In this document: one piece after another, positions 36,201 to 51,200 of the stretch
How the letters are laid out: every line of letters starts with the position of its first letter
Position numbering within the stretch: position 1 is the stretch's first letter
Assembly: GCA_964016885.1 (NCBI GenBank)
Contig: OZ024745.1
Location: forward strand, 47,740,001-47,804,000
Length of the DNA stretch: 64,000 bases
Direction of reading: 5' to 3'
Source: Eledone cirrhosa
Lineage: Eukaryota
Translations under genes and position numbers: made by a program
Notes under the pieces: model-generated
The model's database searches: none
Told to the model about the DNA's origin: nothing
The model's input: only the letters and a program-made list of their open reading frames with translations

Positions 36201-39200
36201 TGCAAGGTATAGCTTTCCTCTACCTCATGACAACAGTACTAGAAACGTTCTCTTGCAAGGTATAGCTTTCCTCTACCTCATGACAACAGTACTAGAAACG
36301 TTCTCTTGCAAGGTACAGCTTTCCTCTACCTCATGACAACAGTACTAGAAACGTTCTCTTGCAAGGTATAGCTTTCCTCTACCTCATGACAACAGTACTA
36401 GAAACGTTCTCTTGCAAAGTATAGCTTTCCTGTAGCTCATGACAACAGTACTAGAAACGTTCTCTTGTAAGGTATAGATTTCCTCTAGCTGATGACAACA
36501 GTACTAGAAACGTTCTCTTGCAAAGTATAGCTTTCCTGTAGCTCATGACAACAGTACTAGAAACGTTCTCTTGTAAGGTATAGATTTCCTCTAGCTGATG
36601 ACAACAGTACTAGAAACGTTCTCTTGCAAGGTATAGCTTTCCTCTACCTCATGACAACAGTACTAGAAACGTTCTCTTGCAAGGTATAGCTTTCTTCTAC
36701 CTCATGACAACAATACTAGAAACGTTCTCTTGCAAGGTATAGCTTTCCTCTAGCTCATGACAACAGTACTAGAAACGTTCTCTTGCAAGGTATAGCTTTC
36801 CTCTAGCTGATGACAAGAATACTAGAAACGTTCTCTTGCAAGGTATAGCTTTCCTCTACCTCATGACAACAGTACTAGAAACGTTCTCTTGCAAGGTATA
36901 GCTTTCCTCTAGCTGATGACAAGAAACGTTCTCTTGCAAGGTATAGCTTTCGTCTAGCTCATGACAACAGTACTAGAAACGTTCTCTTGCAAGGTATAGC
37001 TTTCCTCTACCTCATGACAACAGTACTAGAAACGTTCTCTTGCAAGGTATAGCTTTCCTCTACCTCATGACAACAGTACTAGAAACGTTCTCTTGCAAGG
37101 TATAGCTTTCCTGTAGCTCATGACAACAGTACTAGAAACGTTCTCTTGTAAGGTGTAGCTTTCCTCTAGCTGATGACAACAGTACTAGAAACGTTCTCTT
37201 GCAAGGTATAGCTTTCCTCTAGCTGATGACAACAGTACTAGAAACGTTCTCTTGCAAGGTATAGCTTTCCTCTACCTCATGACAACAGTACTAGAAACGT
37301 TCTCTTGCAAGGTATAGCTTTCCTCTACCTCATGACAACAGTACTAGAAACGTTCTCTTGCAAGGTATAGCTTTCCTCTACCTCATGACAACAGTACTAG
37401 AAACGTTCTCTTGCAAGGTATAGCTTTCCTGTAGCTCATGACAACAGTACTAGAAACGTTCTCTTGTAAGGTGTAGCTTTCCTCTAGCTGATGACAACAG
37501 TACTAGAAACGTTCTCTTGCAAGGTATAGCTTTCCTCTAGCTGATGACAACAGTACTAGAAACGTTCTCTTGCAAGGTATAGCTTTCCTCTACCTCATGA
37601 CAACAGTACTAGAAACGTTCTCTTGCAAGGTATAGCTTTCCTCTAGCTGATGACAACAGTACTAGAAACGTTCTCTTGCAAGGTATAGCTTTCCTATATC
37701 TCATGACAACAGTACTAGAAACGTTCTCTTGCAAGGTATAGCTTTCCTCTAGCTGATGACAACAGTACTAGAAACGTTCTCTTGCAAGGTATAGCTTTCC
37801 TCTACCTCATCACAACAGTACTAGAAACGTTCTCTTCCAAGGTATAGCTTTCCTCTAGCTAATGACAACAGTACTAGAAACGTTCTCTTGCAATTTATAG
37901 CTTTCCTCTACCTCATCACAACAGTACTAGAAACGTTCTCTTGCAAGGTATAGCTTTCCTCTAGCGGATGACAACAGTACTAGAAACGTTCTCTTGCAAG
38001 GTATAGCTTTCCTCTACCTCATGACAACAGTACTAGAAACGTTCTCTTGCAAGGTATAGCTTTCCTCTAGCTGATGACAACAGTACTAGAAACGTTCTCT
38101 TGCAAGGTATAGCTTTCCTCTACCTCATCACAACAGTACTAGAAACGTTCTCTTGCAAGGTATAGCTTTCTTCTACCTCATGACAACAGTACTAGAAACG
38201 TTCTCTTGCAAGGTATAGCTTTCCTCTACCTCATGACAACAGTACTAGAAACGTTCTCTTGCAAGGTATAGCTTTCCTCTAGCTCATGACAACAATACTA
38301 GAAACGTTCTCTTGCAAGGTATAGCTTTCCTCTACCTCATCACAACAGTACTAGAAACGTTCTCTTGCAAGGTATAGCTTTCTTCTACCTCATGACAACA
38401 ATACTAGAAACGTTCTCTTGCAAGGTATAGCTTTCCTCTAGCTAATGACAACAGTACTAGAAACGTTCTCTTGCAAGGTATAGCTTCCCTCTAGCTGATG
38501 ACAAGAATACTAGAAACGTTCTCTTGCAAGGTATAGCTTTCCTCTAGCTAATGACAACAGTACTAGAAACGTTCTCTTGCAAGGTATAGCTTTCCTCTAG
38601 CTGATGACAACAGTACTAGAAACGTTCTCTTGCAAGGTATAGCTTTCGTCTAGCTCATGACAACAGTACTAGAAACGTTCTCTTGCAAGGTATAGCTTTC
38701 CTCTACCTCATGACAACAGTACTAGAAACGTTCTCTTGCAAGGTATAGCTTTCCTCTAGCTGATGACAACAGTACTAGAAACCTTCTCTTGCAAGGTATA
38801 GCTTTCCTCTCCCTCATGACAACAGTACTAGAAACGTTCTCTTGCAAGGTATAGCTTTCCTCTACCTCATGACAACAGTACTAGAAACGTTCTCTTGCAA
38901 GGTATAGCTTTCCTCTACCTCATGACAACAGTACTAGAAACGTTCTCTTGCAAGGTACAGCTTTCCTCTACCTCATGACAACAGTACTAGAAACGTTCTC
39001 TTGCAAGGTATAGCTTTCCTCTACCTCATGACAACAGTACTAGAAACGTTCTCTTGCAAAGTATAGCTTTCCTGTAGCTCATGACAACAGTACTAGAAAC
39101 GTTCTCTTGTAAGGTATAGATTTCCTCTAGCTGATGACAACAGTACTAGAAACGTTCTCTTGCAAAGTATAGCTTTCCTGTAGCTCATGACAACAGTACT

Positions 39201-42200
39201 AGAAACGTTCTCTTGTAAGGTATAGATTTCCTCTAGCTGATGACAACAGTACTAGAAACGTTCTCTTGCAAGGTATAGCTTTCCTCTACCTCATGACAAC
39301 AGTACTAGAAACGTTCTCTTGCAAGGTATAGCTTTCTTCTACCTCATGACAACAATACTAGAAACGTTCTCTTGCAAGGTATAGCTTTCCTCTAGCTCAT
39401 GACAACAGTACTAGAAACGTTCTCTTGCAAGGTATAGCTTTCCTCTAGCTGATGACAAGAATACTAGAAACGTTCTCTTGCAAGGTATAGCTTTCCTCTA
39501 CCTCATGACAACAGTACTAGAAACGTTCTCTTGCAAGGTATAGCTTTCCTCTAGCTGATGACAACAGTACTAGAAACGTTCTCTTGCAAGGTATAGCTTT
39601 CGTCTAGCTCATGACAACAGTACTAGAAACGTTCTCTTGCAAGGTATAGCTTTCCTCTACCTCATGACAACAGTACTAGAAACGTTCTCTTGCAAGGTAT
39701 AGCTTTCCTCTACCTCATGACAACAGTACTAGAAACGTTCTCTTGCAAGGTATAGCTTTCCTGTAGCTCATGACAACAGTACTAGAAACGTTCTCTTGTA
39801 AGGTGTAGCTTTCCTCTAGCTGATGACAACAGTACTAGAAACGTTCTCTTGCAAGGTATAGCTTTCCTCTAGCTGATGACAACAGTACTAGAAACGTTCT
39901 CTTGCAAGGTATAGCTTTCCTCTAGCTGATGACAACAGTACTAGAAACGTTCTCTTGCAAGGTATAGCTTTCCTCTAGCTGATGACAACAGTACTAGAAA
40001 CGTTCTCTTGCAAGGTATAGCTTTCCTCTAGCTCATGACAACAGTACTAGAAACGTTCTCTTGCAAGGTATAGCTTTCCTCTAGCTGATGACAAGAATAC
40101 TAGAAACGTTCTCTTGCAAGGTATAGCTTTCCTCTAGCTGATGACAACAGTACTAGAAACGTTCTCTTGCAAGGTATAGCTTTCCTCTAGCTGATGACAA
40201 CAGTACTAGAAACGTTCTCTTGCAAGGTATAGCTTTCGTCTAGCTCATGACAACAGTACTAGAAACGTTCTCTTGCAAGGTATAGCTTTCCTCTAGCTCA
40301 TGACAACAGTACTAGAAACGTTCTCTTGCAAGGTATAGCTTTCCTCTAGCTCATGACAACAGTACTAGAAACGTTCTCTTGCAAGGTATAGCTTTCCTCT
40401 AGCTCATGACAACAGTACTAGAAACGTTCTCTTGCAAGGTATAGCTTTCCTCTACCTCATGACAACAGTACTAGAAACGTTCTCTTGCAAGGTATAGCTT
40501 TCCTCTCTTTCATGACAACAATACTAGAAACGTTCTCATGCAAGGTATAGCTTTCCTCTAGCTTATGACAAGAGTACTAGAAACGTTCTCTTGCAAGGTA
40601 TAGCTTTCTTCTAGCTCATGACAACGGTACTAGAAACGTTCTCTTGCAAGGTATAGCTTTCCTCTACCTCATGACAACAGTACTAGAAACGTTCTCTTGC
40701 AAGGTATAGCTTTCCTCTAGCTGATGACAACAGTACTAGAAACGTTCTCTTGCAAGGTATAGCTTTCCTCTCCCTCATGACAACAGTACTAGAAACGTTC
40801 TCTTGCTTGCAAGGTATAGCTTTCCTCTACCTCATGACAACAGTACTAGAAACGTTCTCTTGCAAGGTATAGCTTTCCTCTAGCTGATGACAACAGTACT
40901 AGAAACCTTCTCTTGCAAGGTATAGCTTTCCTCTAGCTCATGACAACAGTACTAGAAACGTTCTCTTGCAAGGTATAGCTTTCCTCTACCTCATGACAAC
41001 AGTACTAGAAACGTTCTCTTGCAAGGTATAGCTTTCCTCTAGCTGATGACAACAGTACTAGAAACGTTCTCTTGCAAGGTATAGCTTTCCTCTCCCTCAT
41101 GACAACAGTACTAGAAACGTTCTCTTGCAAGGTATAGCTTTCCTCTAGCTCATGACAACAGTACTAGAAGCGTTCTCTTGCAAGGTATAGCTTTCCTCTA
41201 CCTCATGACAACAGTACTAGAAACGTTCTCTTGCAAGGTATAGCTTTCCTCTAGCTTATGACAAGAGTACTAGAAACGTTCTCTTGCAAGGTATAGCTTT
41301 CCTGTAGCTCATGACAACAGTACTAGAAACGTTCTCTTGCAAGGTATAGCTTTCCTCTAGCTGATGACAAGAATACTAGAAACGTTCTCTTGCAAGGTAT
41401 AGCTTTCCTCTAGCTAATGACAACAGTACTAGAAACGTTCTCTTGCAAGGTATAGCTTTCCTCTAGCTGATGACAACAGTACTAGAAACGTTCTTTTGCA
41501 AGGTATAGCTTTCGTCTAGCTCATGACAACAGTACTAGAAACGTTCTCTTGCAAGGTATAGCTTTCCTCTACCTCATGACAACAGTACTAGAAACGTTCT
41601 CTTGCAAGGTATAGCTTTCCTCTAGCTGATGACAACAGTACTAGAAACGTTCTCTTGCAAGGTATAGCTTTCCTCTCCCTCATGACAACAGTACTAGAAA
41701 CGTTCTCTTGCAAGGTATAGCTTTCCTCTACCTCATGACAACAGTACTAGAAACGTTCTCTTGCAAGGTATAGCTTTCCTCTACCTCATGACAACAGTAC
41801 TAGAAACGTTCTCTTGCAAGGTATAGCTTTCCTCTACCTCATGACAACAGTACTAGAAACGTTCTCTTGCAAGGTATAGCTTTCCTGTAGCTCATGACAA
41901 CAGTACTAGAAACGTTTTCTTGTAAGGTGTAGCTTTCCTCTAGCTGATGACAACAGTACTAGAAACGTTCTCTTGCAAGGTATAGCTTTCCTCTAGCTGA
42001 TGACAACAGTACTAGAAACGTTCTCTTGCAAGGTATAGCTTTCGTCTAGCTCATGACAACAGTACTAGAAACGTTCTCTTGCAAGGTATAGCTTTCCTCT
42101 AGCTCATGACAACAGTACTAGAAACGTTCTCTTGCAAGGTATAGCTTTCCTCTAGCTCATGACAACAGTACTAGAAACGTTCTCTTGCAAGGTATAGCTT

Positions 42201-45200
42201 TCCTCTACCTCATGACAACAGTACTAGAAACGTTCTCTTGCAAGGTATAGCTTTCCTCTAGTTCATGACAACAATACTAGAAACGTTCTCATGCAAGGTA
42301 TAGCTTTCCTCTACCTCATGACAACAGTACTAGAAACGTTCTCTTGCAAGGTATAGCTTTCCTCTAGCTCATGACAACAGTACTAGAAACGTTCTCTTGC
42401 AAGGTATAGCTTTCCTCTACCTCATGACAACAGTACTAGAAACGTTCTCTTGCAAGGTATAGCTTTCCTCTAGCTGATGACAACAGTACTAGAAACGTTC
42501 TCTTGAAAGTTATAGCTTTCCTCTCCCTCATGACAACAGTACTAGAAAAGTTCTCTTGCTTGCAAGGTATAGCTTTCCTCTACCTCAAGACAACAGTACT
42601 AGAAACGTTCTCTTGCAAGGTATAGCTTTCCTCTAGCTGATGACAACAGTACTTGAAACCTTCTCTTGCAAGGTATAGCTTTCCTCTAGCTCATGACAAC
42701 AGTACTAGAAACGTTCTCTTGCAAGGTATAGCTTTCCTCTACCTCATGACAACAGTACTAGAAACGTTCTCTTGCAAGGTATAGCTTTCTTCTAGCTCAT
42801 GACAACAATACTAGAAACGTTCTCTTGCAAGGTATAGCTTTCCTCTACCTCATGACAACAGTACTAGAAACGTTCTCTTGCAAGGTATAGCTTTCCTCTA
42901 GCTCATGACAACAGTACTAGAAACGTTCTCTTGCAAGGTATAGCTTTCCTCTACCTCATCACAACAGTACTAGAAACGTTCTCTTGCAAGGTATAGCTTT
43001 CCTCTAGCTGATGACAACAGTACTAGAAACGTTCTATTGCAAGGTATAGCTTTCCTCTAGCTCATGACAACAGTACTAGAAACGTTCTCTTGCAAGGTAT
43101 AGCTTTCCTCTACCTCATGACAACAGTACTAGAAACGTTCTCTTGCAAGGTATAGCTTTCCTCTACCTCATGACAACAGTACTAGAAACGTTCTCTTGCA
43201 AGTTATAGCTTTCCTCTAGCTGATGACAAGAATACTAGAAACGTTCTCTTGCAAGGTATAGCTTTCCTCTAGCTGATGACAACAGTACTAGGAACGTTCT
43301 CTTGCAAGGTATAGCTTTCCTCTACCTCATGACAACAGTACTAGAAACGTTCTCTTGCAAGGTATAGCTTTCCTCTAGCTCATGACAAGAATACTAGAAA
43401 CGTTCTCTTGTAAGGTATAGATTTCCTTTAGCTCATGACAACAGTACTAGAAACGTTCTCTTGCACGGTATAGCTTTCCTCTAGCTGATGACAACAGTAC
43501 TAGAAACGTTCTCTTGCAAGGTATAGCTTTCCTCTAGCTCATGACGACAATACTAGAAACGTTCTCTTGCAAGGTATAGCTTTCCTCTAGCTCATGACAA
43601 CAATACTAGAAACGTTCTCTTGCAAGGTATAGCTTTCCTCTACCTCATGACAACAGTACTAGAAACGTTCTCTTGCAAGGTATAGCTTTCCTCTACCTCA
43701 TGACAACAATACTAGAAACGTTCTCTTGCAAGGTATAGCTCTCCTCTAGCTCATGACAACAGTACTAGAAACGTTCTCTTGCAAGGTATAGCTTTCCTCT
43801 AGCTGATGACAAGAATACTAGAAACGTTCTCTTGCAAGGTATAGCTTTCCTCTAGCTGATGACAACAGTACTAGAAACGTTCTCTTGCAAGGTATAGCTT
43901 TCCTCTAGCTGATGACAACAGTACTAGAAACGTTCTCTTGCAAGGTATAGCTTTCCTCTAGCTCATGACGACAATACTAGAAACGTTCTCTTGCAAGGTA
44001 TAGCTTTCCTCTATTTCATGACAACAATACTAGAAACGTTCTCATGCAAGGTATAGCTTTCCTCTAACTCATGACAACAGTACTAGAAACGTTCTCTTGC
44101 AAGGTATAGCTTTCCTCTACCTCACGACAACAGTACTAGAAACGTTCTCTTGCAAGGTATAGCTTTCCTCTACCTCATGACAACAGTACTAGAAACGTTC
44201 TCTTGCAAGGTATAGCTTTCCTCTACCTCATGACAACAGTACTAGAAACGTTCTCTTGCAAGGTATAGCTTTCCTCTAGCTGATGACAACAGTACTAGAA
44301 ACGTTCTCTTGCAAGGTATAGCTTTCCTCTCCCTCATGACAACAGTACTAGAAACGTTCTCTTGCTTGCAAGGTATAGCTTTCCTCTACCTCATGACAAC
44401 AGTACTAGAAACGTTCTCTTGCAAGGTATAGCTTTCCTCTACCTCATGACAACAGTACTAGAAACGTTCTCTTGCAAGGTATAGCTTTCCTCTAGCTGAT
44501 GACAACAGTACTAGAAACGTTCTCTTGCAAGGTATAGCTTTCCTCTAGCTCATGACAACAGTACTAGAAACGTTCTCTTGCAAGGTATAGCTTTCCTCTA
44601 GCTGATGACAAGAATACTAGAAACGTTCTCTTGCAAGGTATAGCTTTCCTCTAGCTGATGACAACAGTACTAGAAACGTTCTCTTGCAAGGTATAGCTTT
44701 CCTCTAGCTGATGACAACAGTACTAGAAACGTTCTCTTGCAAGGTATAGCTTTCGTCTAGCTCATGACAACAGTACTAGAAACGTTCTCTTGCAAGGTAT
44801 AGCTTTCCTCTAGCTCATGACAACAGTACTAGAAACGTTCTCTTGCAAGGTATAGCTTTCCTCTACCTCATGACAACAGTACTAGAAACGTTCTCTTGCA
44901 AGGTATAGCTTTCCTCTAGCTGATGACAACAGTACTAGAAACGTTCTCTTGCAAGGTATAGCTTTCCTCTAGCTCATGACAACAGTACTAGAAACGTTCT
45001 CTTGCAAGGTATAGCTTTCCTCTAGCTGATGACAAGAATACTAGAAACGTTCTCTTGCAAGGTATAGCTTTCCTCTAGCTGATGACAACAGTACTAGAAA
45101 CGTTCTCTTGCAAGGTATAGCTTTCCTCTAGCTGATGACAACAGTACTAGAAACGTTCTCTTGCAAGGTATAGCTTTCGTCTAGCTCATGACAACAGTAC

Positions 45201-48200
45201 TAGAAACGTTCTCTTGCAAGGTATAGCTTTCCTCTAGCTCATGACAACAGTACTAGAAACGTTCTCTTGCAAGGTATAGCTTTCCTCTAGCTCATGACAA
45301 CAGTACTAGAAACGTTCTCTTGCAAGGTATAGCTTTCCTCTAGCTCATGACAACAGTACTAGAAACGTTCTCTTGCAAGGTATAGCTTTCCTCTACCTCA
45401 TGACAACAGTACTAGAAACGTTCTCTTGCAAGGTATAGCTTTCCTCTAGTTCATGACAACAATACTAGAAACGTTCTCATGCAAGGTATAGCTTTCCTCT
45501 AGCTTATGACAAGAGTACTAGAAACGTTCTCTTGCAAGGTATAGCTTTCTTCTAGCTCATGACAACGGTACTAGAAACGTTCTCTTGCAAGGTATAGCTT
45601 TCCTCTACCTCATGACAACAGTACTAGAAACGTTCTCTTGCAAGGTATAGCTTTCCTCTAGCTGATGACAACAGTACTAGAAACGTTCTCTTGCAAGGTA
45701 TAGCTTTCCTCTCCCTCATGACAACAGTACTAGAAACGTTCTCTTGCTTGCAAGGTATAGCTTTCCTCTACCTCATGACAACAGTACTAGAAACGTTCTC
45801 TTGCAAGGTATAGCTTTCCTCTAGCTGATGACAACAGTACTAGAAACCTTCTCTTGCAAGGTATAGCTTTCCTCTAGCTCATGACAACAGTACTAGAAAC
45901 GTTCTCTTGCAAGGTATAGCTTTCCTCTACCTCATGACAACAGTACTAGAAACGTTCTCTTGCAAGGTATAGCTTTCCTCTAGCTGATGACAACAGTACT
46001 AGAAACGTTCTCTTGCAAGGTATAGCTTTCCTCTCCCTCATGACAACAGTACTAGAAACGTTCTCTTGCAAGGTATAGCTTTCCTCTAGCTCATGACAAC
46101 AGTACTAGAAGCGTTCTCTTGCAAGGTATAGCTTTCCTCTACCTCATGACAACAGTACTAGAAACGTTCTCTTGCAAGGTATAGCTTTCCTCTAGCTTAT
46201 GACAAGAGTACTAGAAACGTTCTCTTGCAAGGTATAGCTTTCCTGTAGCTCATGACAACAGTACTAGAAACGTTCTCTTGCAAGGTATAGCTTTCCTCTA
46301 GCTGATGACAAGAATACTAGAAACGTTCTCTTGCAAGGTATAGCTTTCCTCTAGCTAATGACAACAGTACTAGAAACGTTCTCTTGCAAGGTATAGCTTT
46401 CCTCTAGCTGATGACAACAGTACTAGAAACGTTCTTTTGCAAGGTATAGCTTTCGTCTAGCTCATGACAACAGTACTAGAAACGTTCTCTTGCAAGGTAT
46501 AGCTTTCCTCTACCTCATGACAACAGTACTAGAAACGTTCTCTTGCAAGGTATAGCTTTCCTCTAGCTGATGACAACAGTACTAGAAACGTTCTCTTGCA
46601 AGGTATAGCTTTCCTCTCCCTCATGACAACAGTACTAGAAACGTTCTCTTGCAAGGTATAGCTTTCCTCTACCTCATGACAACAGTACTAGAAACGTTCT
46701 CTTGCAAGGTATAGCTTTCCTCTACCTCATGACAACAGTACTAGAAACGTTCTCTTGCAAGGTATAGCTTTCCTCTACCTCATGACAACAGTACTAGAAA
46801 CGTTCTCTTGCAAGGTATAGCTTTCCTGTAGCTCATGACAACAGTACTAGAAACGTTCTGTTGTAAGGTGTAGCTTTCCTCTAGCTGATGACAACAGTAC
46901 TAGAAACGTTCTCTTGCAAGGTATAGCTTTCCTCTAGCTGATGACAACAGTACTAGAAACGTTCTCTTGCAAGGTATAGCTTTCGTCTAGCTCATGACAA
47001 CAGTACTAGAAACGTTCTCTTGCAAGGTATAGCTTTCCTCTAGCTCATGACAACAGTACTAGAAACGTTCTCTTGCAAGGTATAGCTTTCCTCTAGCTCA
47101 TGACAACAGTACTAGAAACGTTCTCTTGCAAGGTATAGCTTTCCTCTACCTCATGACAACAGTACTAGAAACGTTCTCTTGCAAGGTATAGCTTTCCTCT
47201 AGTTCATGACAACAATACTAGAAACGTTCTCATGCAAGGTATAGCTTTCCTCTACCTCATGACAACAGTACTAGAAACGTTCTCTTGCAAGGTATAGCTT
47301 TCCTCTAGCTCATGACAACAGTACTAGAAACGTTCTCTTGCAAGGTATAGCTTTCCTCTACCTCATGACAACAGTACTAGAAACGTTCTCTTGCAAGTTA
47401 TAGCTTTCCTCTAGCTGATGACAACAGTACTAGAAACGTTCTCTTGAAAGTTATAGCTTTCCTCTCCCTCATGACAACAGTACTAGAAAAGTTCTCTTGC
47501 TTGCAAGGTATAGCTTTCCTCTACCTCAAGACAACAGTACTAGAAACGTTCTCTTGCAAGGTATAGCTTTCCTCTAGCTGATGACAACAGTACTTGAAAC
47601 CTTCTCTTGCAAGGTATAGCTTTCCTCTAGCTCATGACAACAGTACTAGAAACGTTCTCTTGCAAGGTATAGCTTTCCTCTACCTCATGACAACAGTACT
47701 AGAAACGTTCTCTTGCAAGGTATAGCTTTCTTCTAGCTCATGACAACAATACTAGAAACGTTCTCTTGCAAGGTATAGCTTTCCTCTACCTCATGACAAC
47801 AGTACTAGAAACGTTCTCTTGCAAGGTATAGCTTTCCTCTAGCTCATGACAACAGTACTAGAAACGTTCTCTTGCAAGGTATAGCTTTCCTCTACCTCAT
47901 CACAACAGTACTAGAAACGTTCTCTTGCAAGGTATAGCTTTCCTCTAGCTGATGACAACAGTACTAGAAACGTTCTATTGCAAGGTATAGCTTTCCTCTA
48001 GCTCATGACAACAGTACTAGAAACGTTCTCTTGCAAGGTATAGCTTTCCTCTACCTCATGACAACAGTACTAGAAACGTTCTCTTGCAAGGTATAGCTTT
48101 CCTCTACCTCATGACAACAGTACTAGAAACGTTCTCTTGCAAGTTATAGCTTTCCTCTAGCTGATGACAAGAATACTAGAAACGTTCTCTTGCAAGGTAT

Positions 48201-51200
48201 AGCTTTCCTCTAGCTGATGACAACAGTACTAGGAACGTTCTCTTGCAAGGTATAGCTTTCCTCTACCTCATGACAACAGTACTAGAAACGTTCTCTTGCA
48301 AGGTATAGCTTTCCTCTAGCTCATGACAAGAATACTAGAAACGTTCTCTTGTAAGGTATAGATTTCCTTTAGCTCATGACAACAGTACTAGAAACGTTCT
48401 CTTGCACGGTATAGCTTTCTTCTAGCTGATGACAACAGTACTAGAAACGTTCTCTTGCAAGGTATAGCTTTCCTCTAGCTCATGACGACAATACTAGAAA
48501 CGTTCTCTTGCAAGGTATAGCTTTCCTCTAGCTCATGACAACAATACTAGAAACGTTCTCTTGCAAGGTATAGCTTTCCTCTAGCTGATGACAACAGTAC
48601 TAGAAACGTTCTCTTGCAAGGTATAGCTTTCCTCTACCTCATGACAACAATACTAGAAACGTTCTCTTGCAAGGTATAGCTCTCCTCTAGCTCATGACAA
48701 CAGTACTAGAAACGTTCTCTTGCAAGGTATAGCTTTCCTCTAGCTGATGACAAGAATACTAGAAACGTTCTCTTGCAAGGTATAGCTTTCCTCTAGCTGA
48801 TGACAACAGTACTAGAAACGTTCTCTTGCAAGGTATAGCTTTCCTCTAGCTGATGACAACAGTACTAGAAACGTTCTCTTGCAAGGTATAGCTTTCCTCT
48901 AGCTCATGACGACAATACTAGAAACGTTCTCTTGCAAGGTATAGCTTTCCTCTATTTCATTACAACAATACTAGAAACGTTCTCATGCAAGGTATAGCTT
49001 TCCTCTACCTCATGACAACAGTACTAGAAACGTTCTCTTGCAAGGTATAGCTTTCCTCTAGCTCATGACAACAGTACTAGAAACGTTCTCTTGCAAGGTA
49101 TAGCTTTCCTCTACCTCATGACAACAGTACTAGAAACGTTCTCTTGCAAGGTATAGCTTTCCTCTAGCTGATGACAACAGTACTAGAAACGTTCTCATGC
49201 AAGGTATAGCTTTCCTCTAGCTGATGACAACAGTACTAGAAACGTTCTCTTGCAAGGTATAGCTTTCCTCTACCTCATGACAACAATACTAGAAACGTTC
49301 TCTTGCAAGGTATAGCTCTCCTCTAGCTCATGACAACAGTACTAGAAACGTTCTCTTGCAAGGTATAGCTTTCCTCTAGCTGATGACAAGAATACTAGAA
49401 ACGTTCTCTTGCAAGGTATAGCTTTCCTCTAGCTGATGACAACAGTACTAGAAACGTTCTCTTGCAAGGTATAGCTTTCCTCTAGCTGATGACAACAGTA
49501 CTAGAAACGTTCTCTTGCAAGGTATAGCTTTCCTCTAGCTCATGACGACAATACTAGAAACGTTCTCTTGCAAGGTATAGCTTTCCTCTATTTCATGACA
49601 ACAATACTAGAAACGTTCTCATGCAAGGTATAGCTTTCCTCTACCTCATGACAACAGTACTAGAAACGTTCTCTTGCAAGGTATAGCTTTCCTCTAGCTC
49701 ATGACAACAGTACTAGAAACGTTCTCTTGCAAGGTATAGCTTTCCTCTAGCTGATGACAACAGTACTAGAAACGTTCTCTTGCAAGGTATAGCTTTCCTC
49801 TCCCTCATGACAACAGTACTAGAAACGTTCTCTTGCTTGCAAGGTATAGCTTTCCTCTACCTCATGACAACAGTACTAGAAACGTTCTCTTGCAAGGTAT
49901 AGCTTTCCTCTAGCTGATGACAACAGTACTAGAAACGTTCTCTTGCAAGGTATAGCTTTCCTCTACCTCATGACAACAGTACTAGAAACGTTCTCTTGCA
50001 AGGTATAGCTTTCCTCTAGCTCATGACAACAGTACTAGAAACGTTCTCTTGCAAGGTATAGCTTTCCTCTACCTCATCACAACAGTACTAGAAACGTTCT
50101 CTTGCAAGGTATAGCTTTCCTCTAGCTGATGACAACAGTACTAGAAACGTTCTATTGCAAGGTATAGCTTTCCTCTAGCTCATGACAACAGTACTAGAAA
50201 CGTTCTCTTGCAAGGTATAGCTTTCCTCTACCTCATGACAACAGTACTAGAAACGTTCTCTTGCAAGGTATAGCTTTCCTCTACCTCATGACAACAGTAC
50301 TAGAAACGTTCTCTTGCAAGTTATAGCTTTCCTCTAGCTGATGACAAGATTACTAGAAACGTTCTCTTGCAAGGTATAGCTTTCCTCTACCTCATGACAA
50401 CAGTACTAGAAACGTTCTCTTGCAAGGTATAGCTTTCCTCTAGCTGATGACAACAGTACTAGAAACGTTCTATTGCAAGGTATAGCTTTCCTCTAGCTCA
50501 TGACAACAGTACTAGAAACGTTCTCTTGCAAGGTATAGCTTTCCTCTACCTCATGACAACAGTACTAGAAACGTTCTCTTGCAAGGTATAGCTTTCCTCT
50601 ACCTCATGACAACAGTACTAGAAACGTTCTCTTGCAAGTTATAGCTTTCCTCTAGCTGATGACAAGAATACTAGAAACGTTCTCTTGCAAGGTATAGCTT
50701 TCCTCTAGCTGATGACAACAGTACTAGGAACGTTCTCTTGCAAGGTATAGCTTTCCTCTACCTCATGACAACAGTACTAGAAACGTTCTCTTGCAAGGTA
50801 TAGCTTTCCTCTAGCTCATGACAAGAATACTAGAAACGTTCTCTTGTAAGGTATAGATTTCCTTTAGCTCATGACAACAGTACTAGAAACGTTCTCTTGC
50901 ACGGTATAGCTTTCCTCTAGCTGATGACAACAGTACTAGAAACGTTCTCTTGCAAGGTATAGCTTTCCTCTAGCTCATGACGACAATACTAGAAACGTTC
51001 TCTTGCAAGGTATAGCTTTCCTCTAGCTCATGACAACAATACTAGAAACGTTCTCTTGCAAGGTATAGCTTTCCTCTACCTCATGACAACAGTACTAGAA
51101 ACGTTCTCTTGCAAGGTATAGCTTTCCTCTACCTCATGACAACAATACTAGAAACGTTCTCTTGCAAGGTTTAGCTCTCCTCTAGCTCATGACAACAGTA

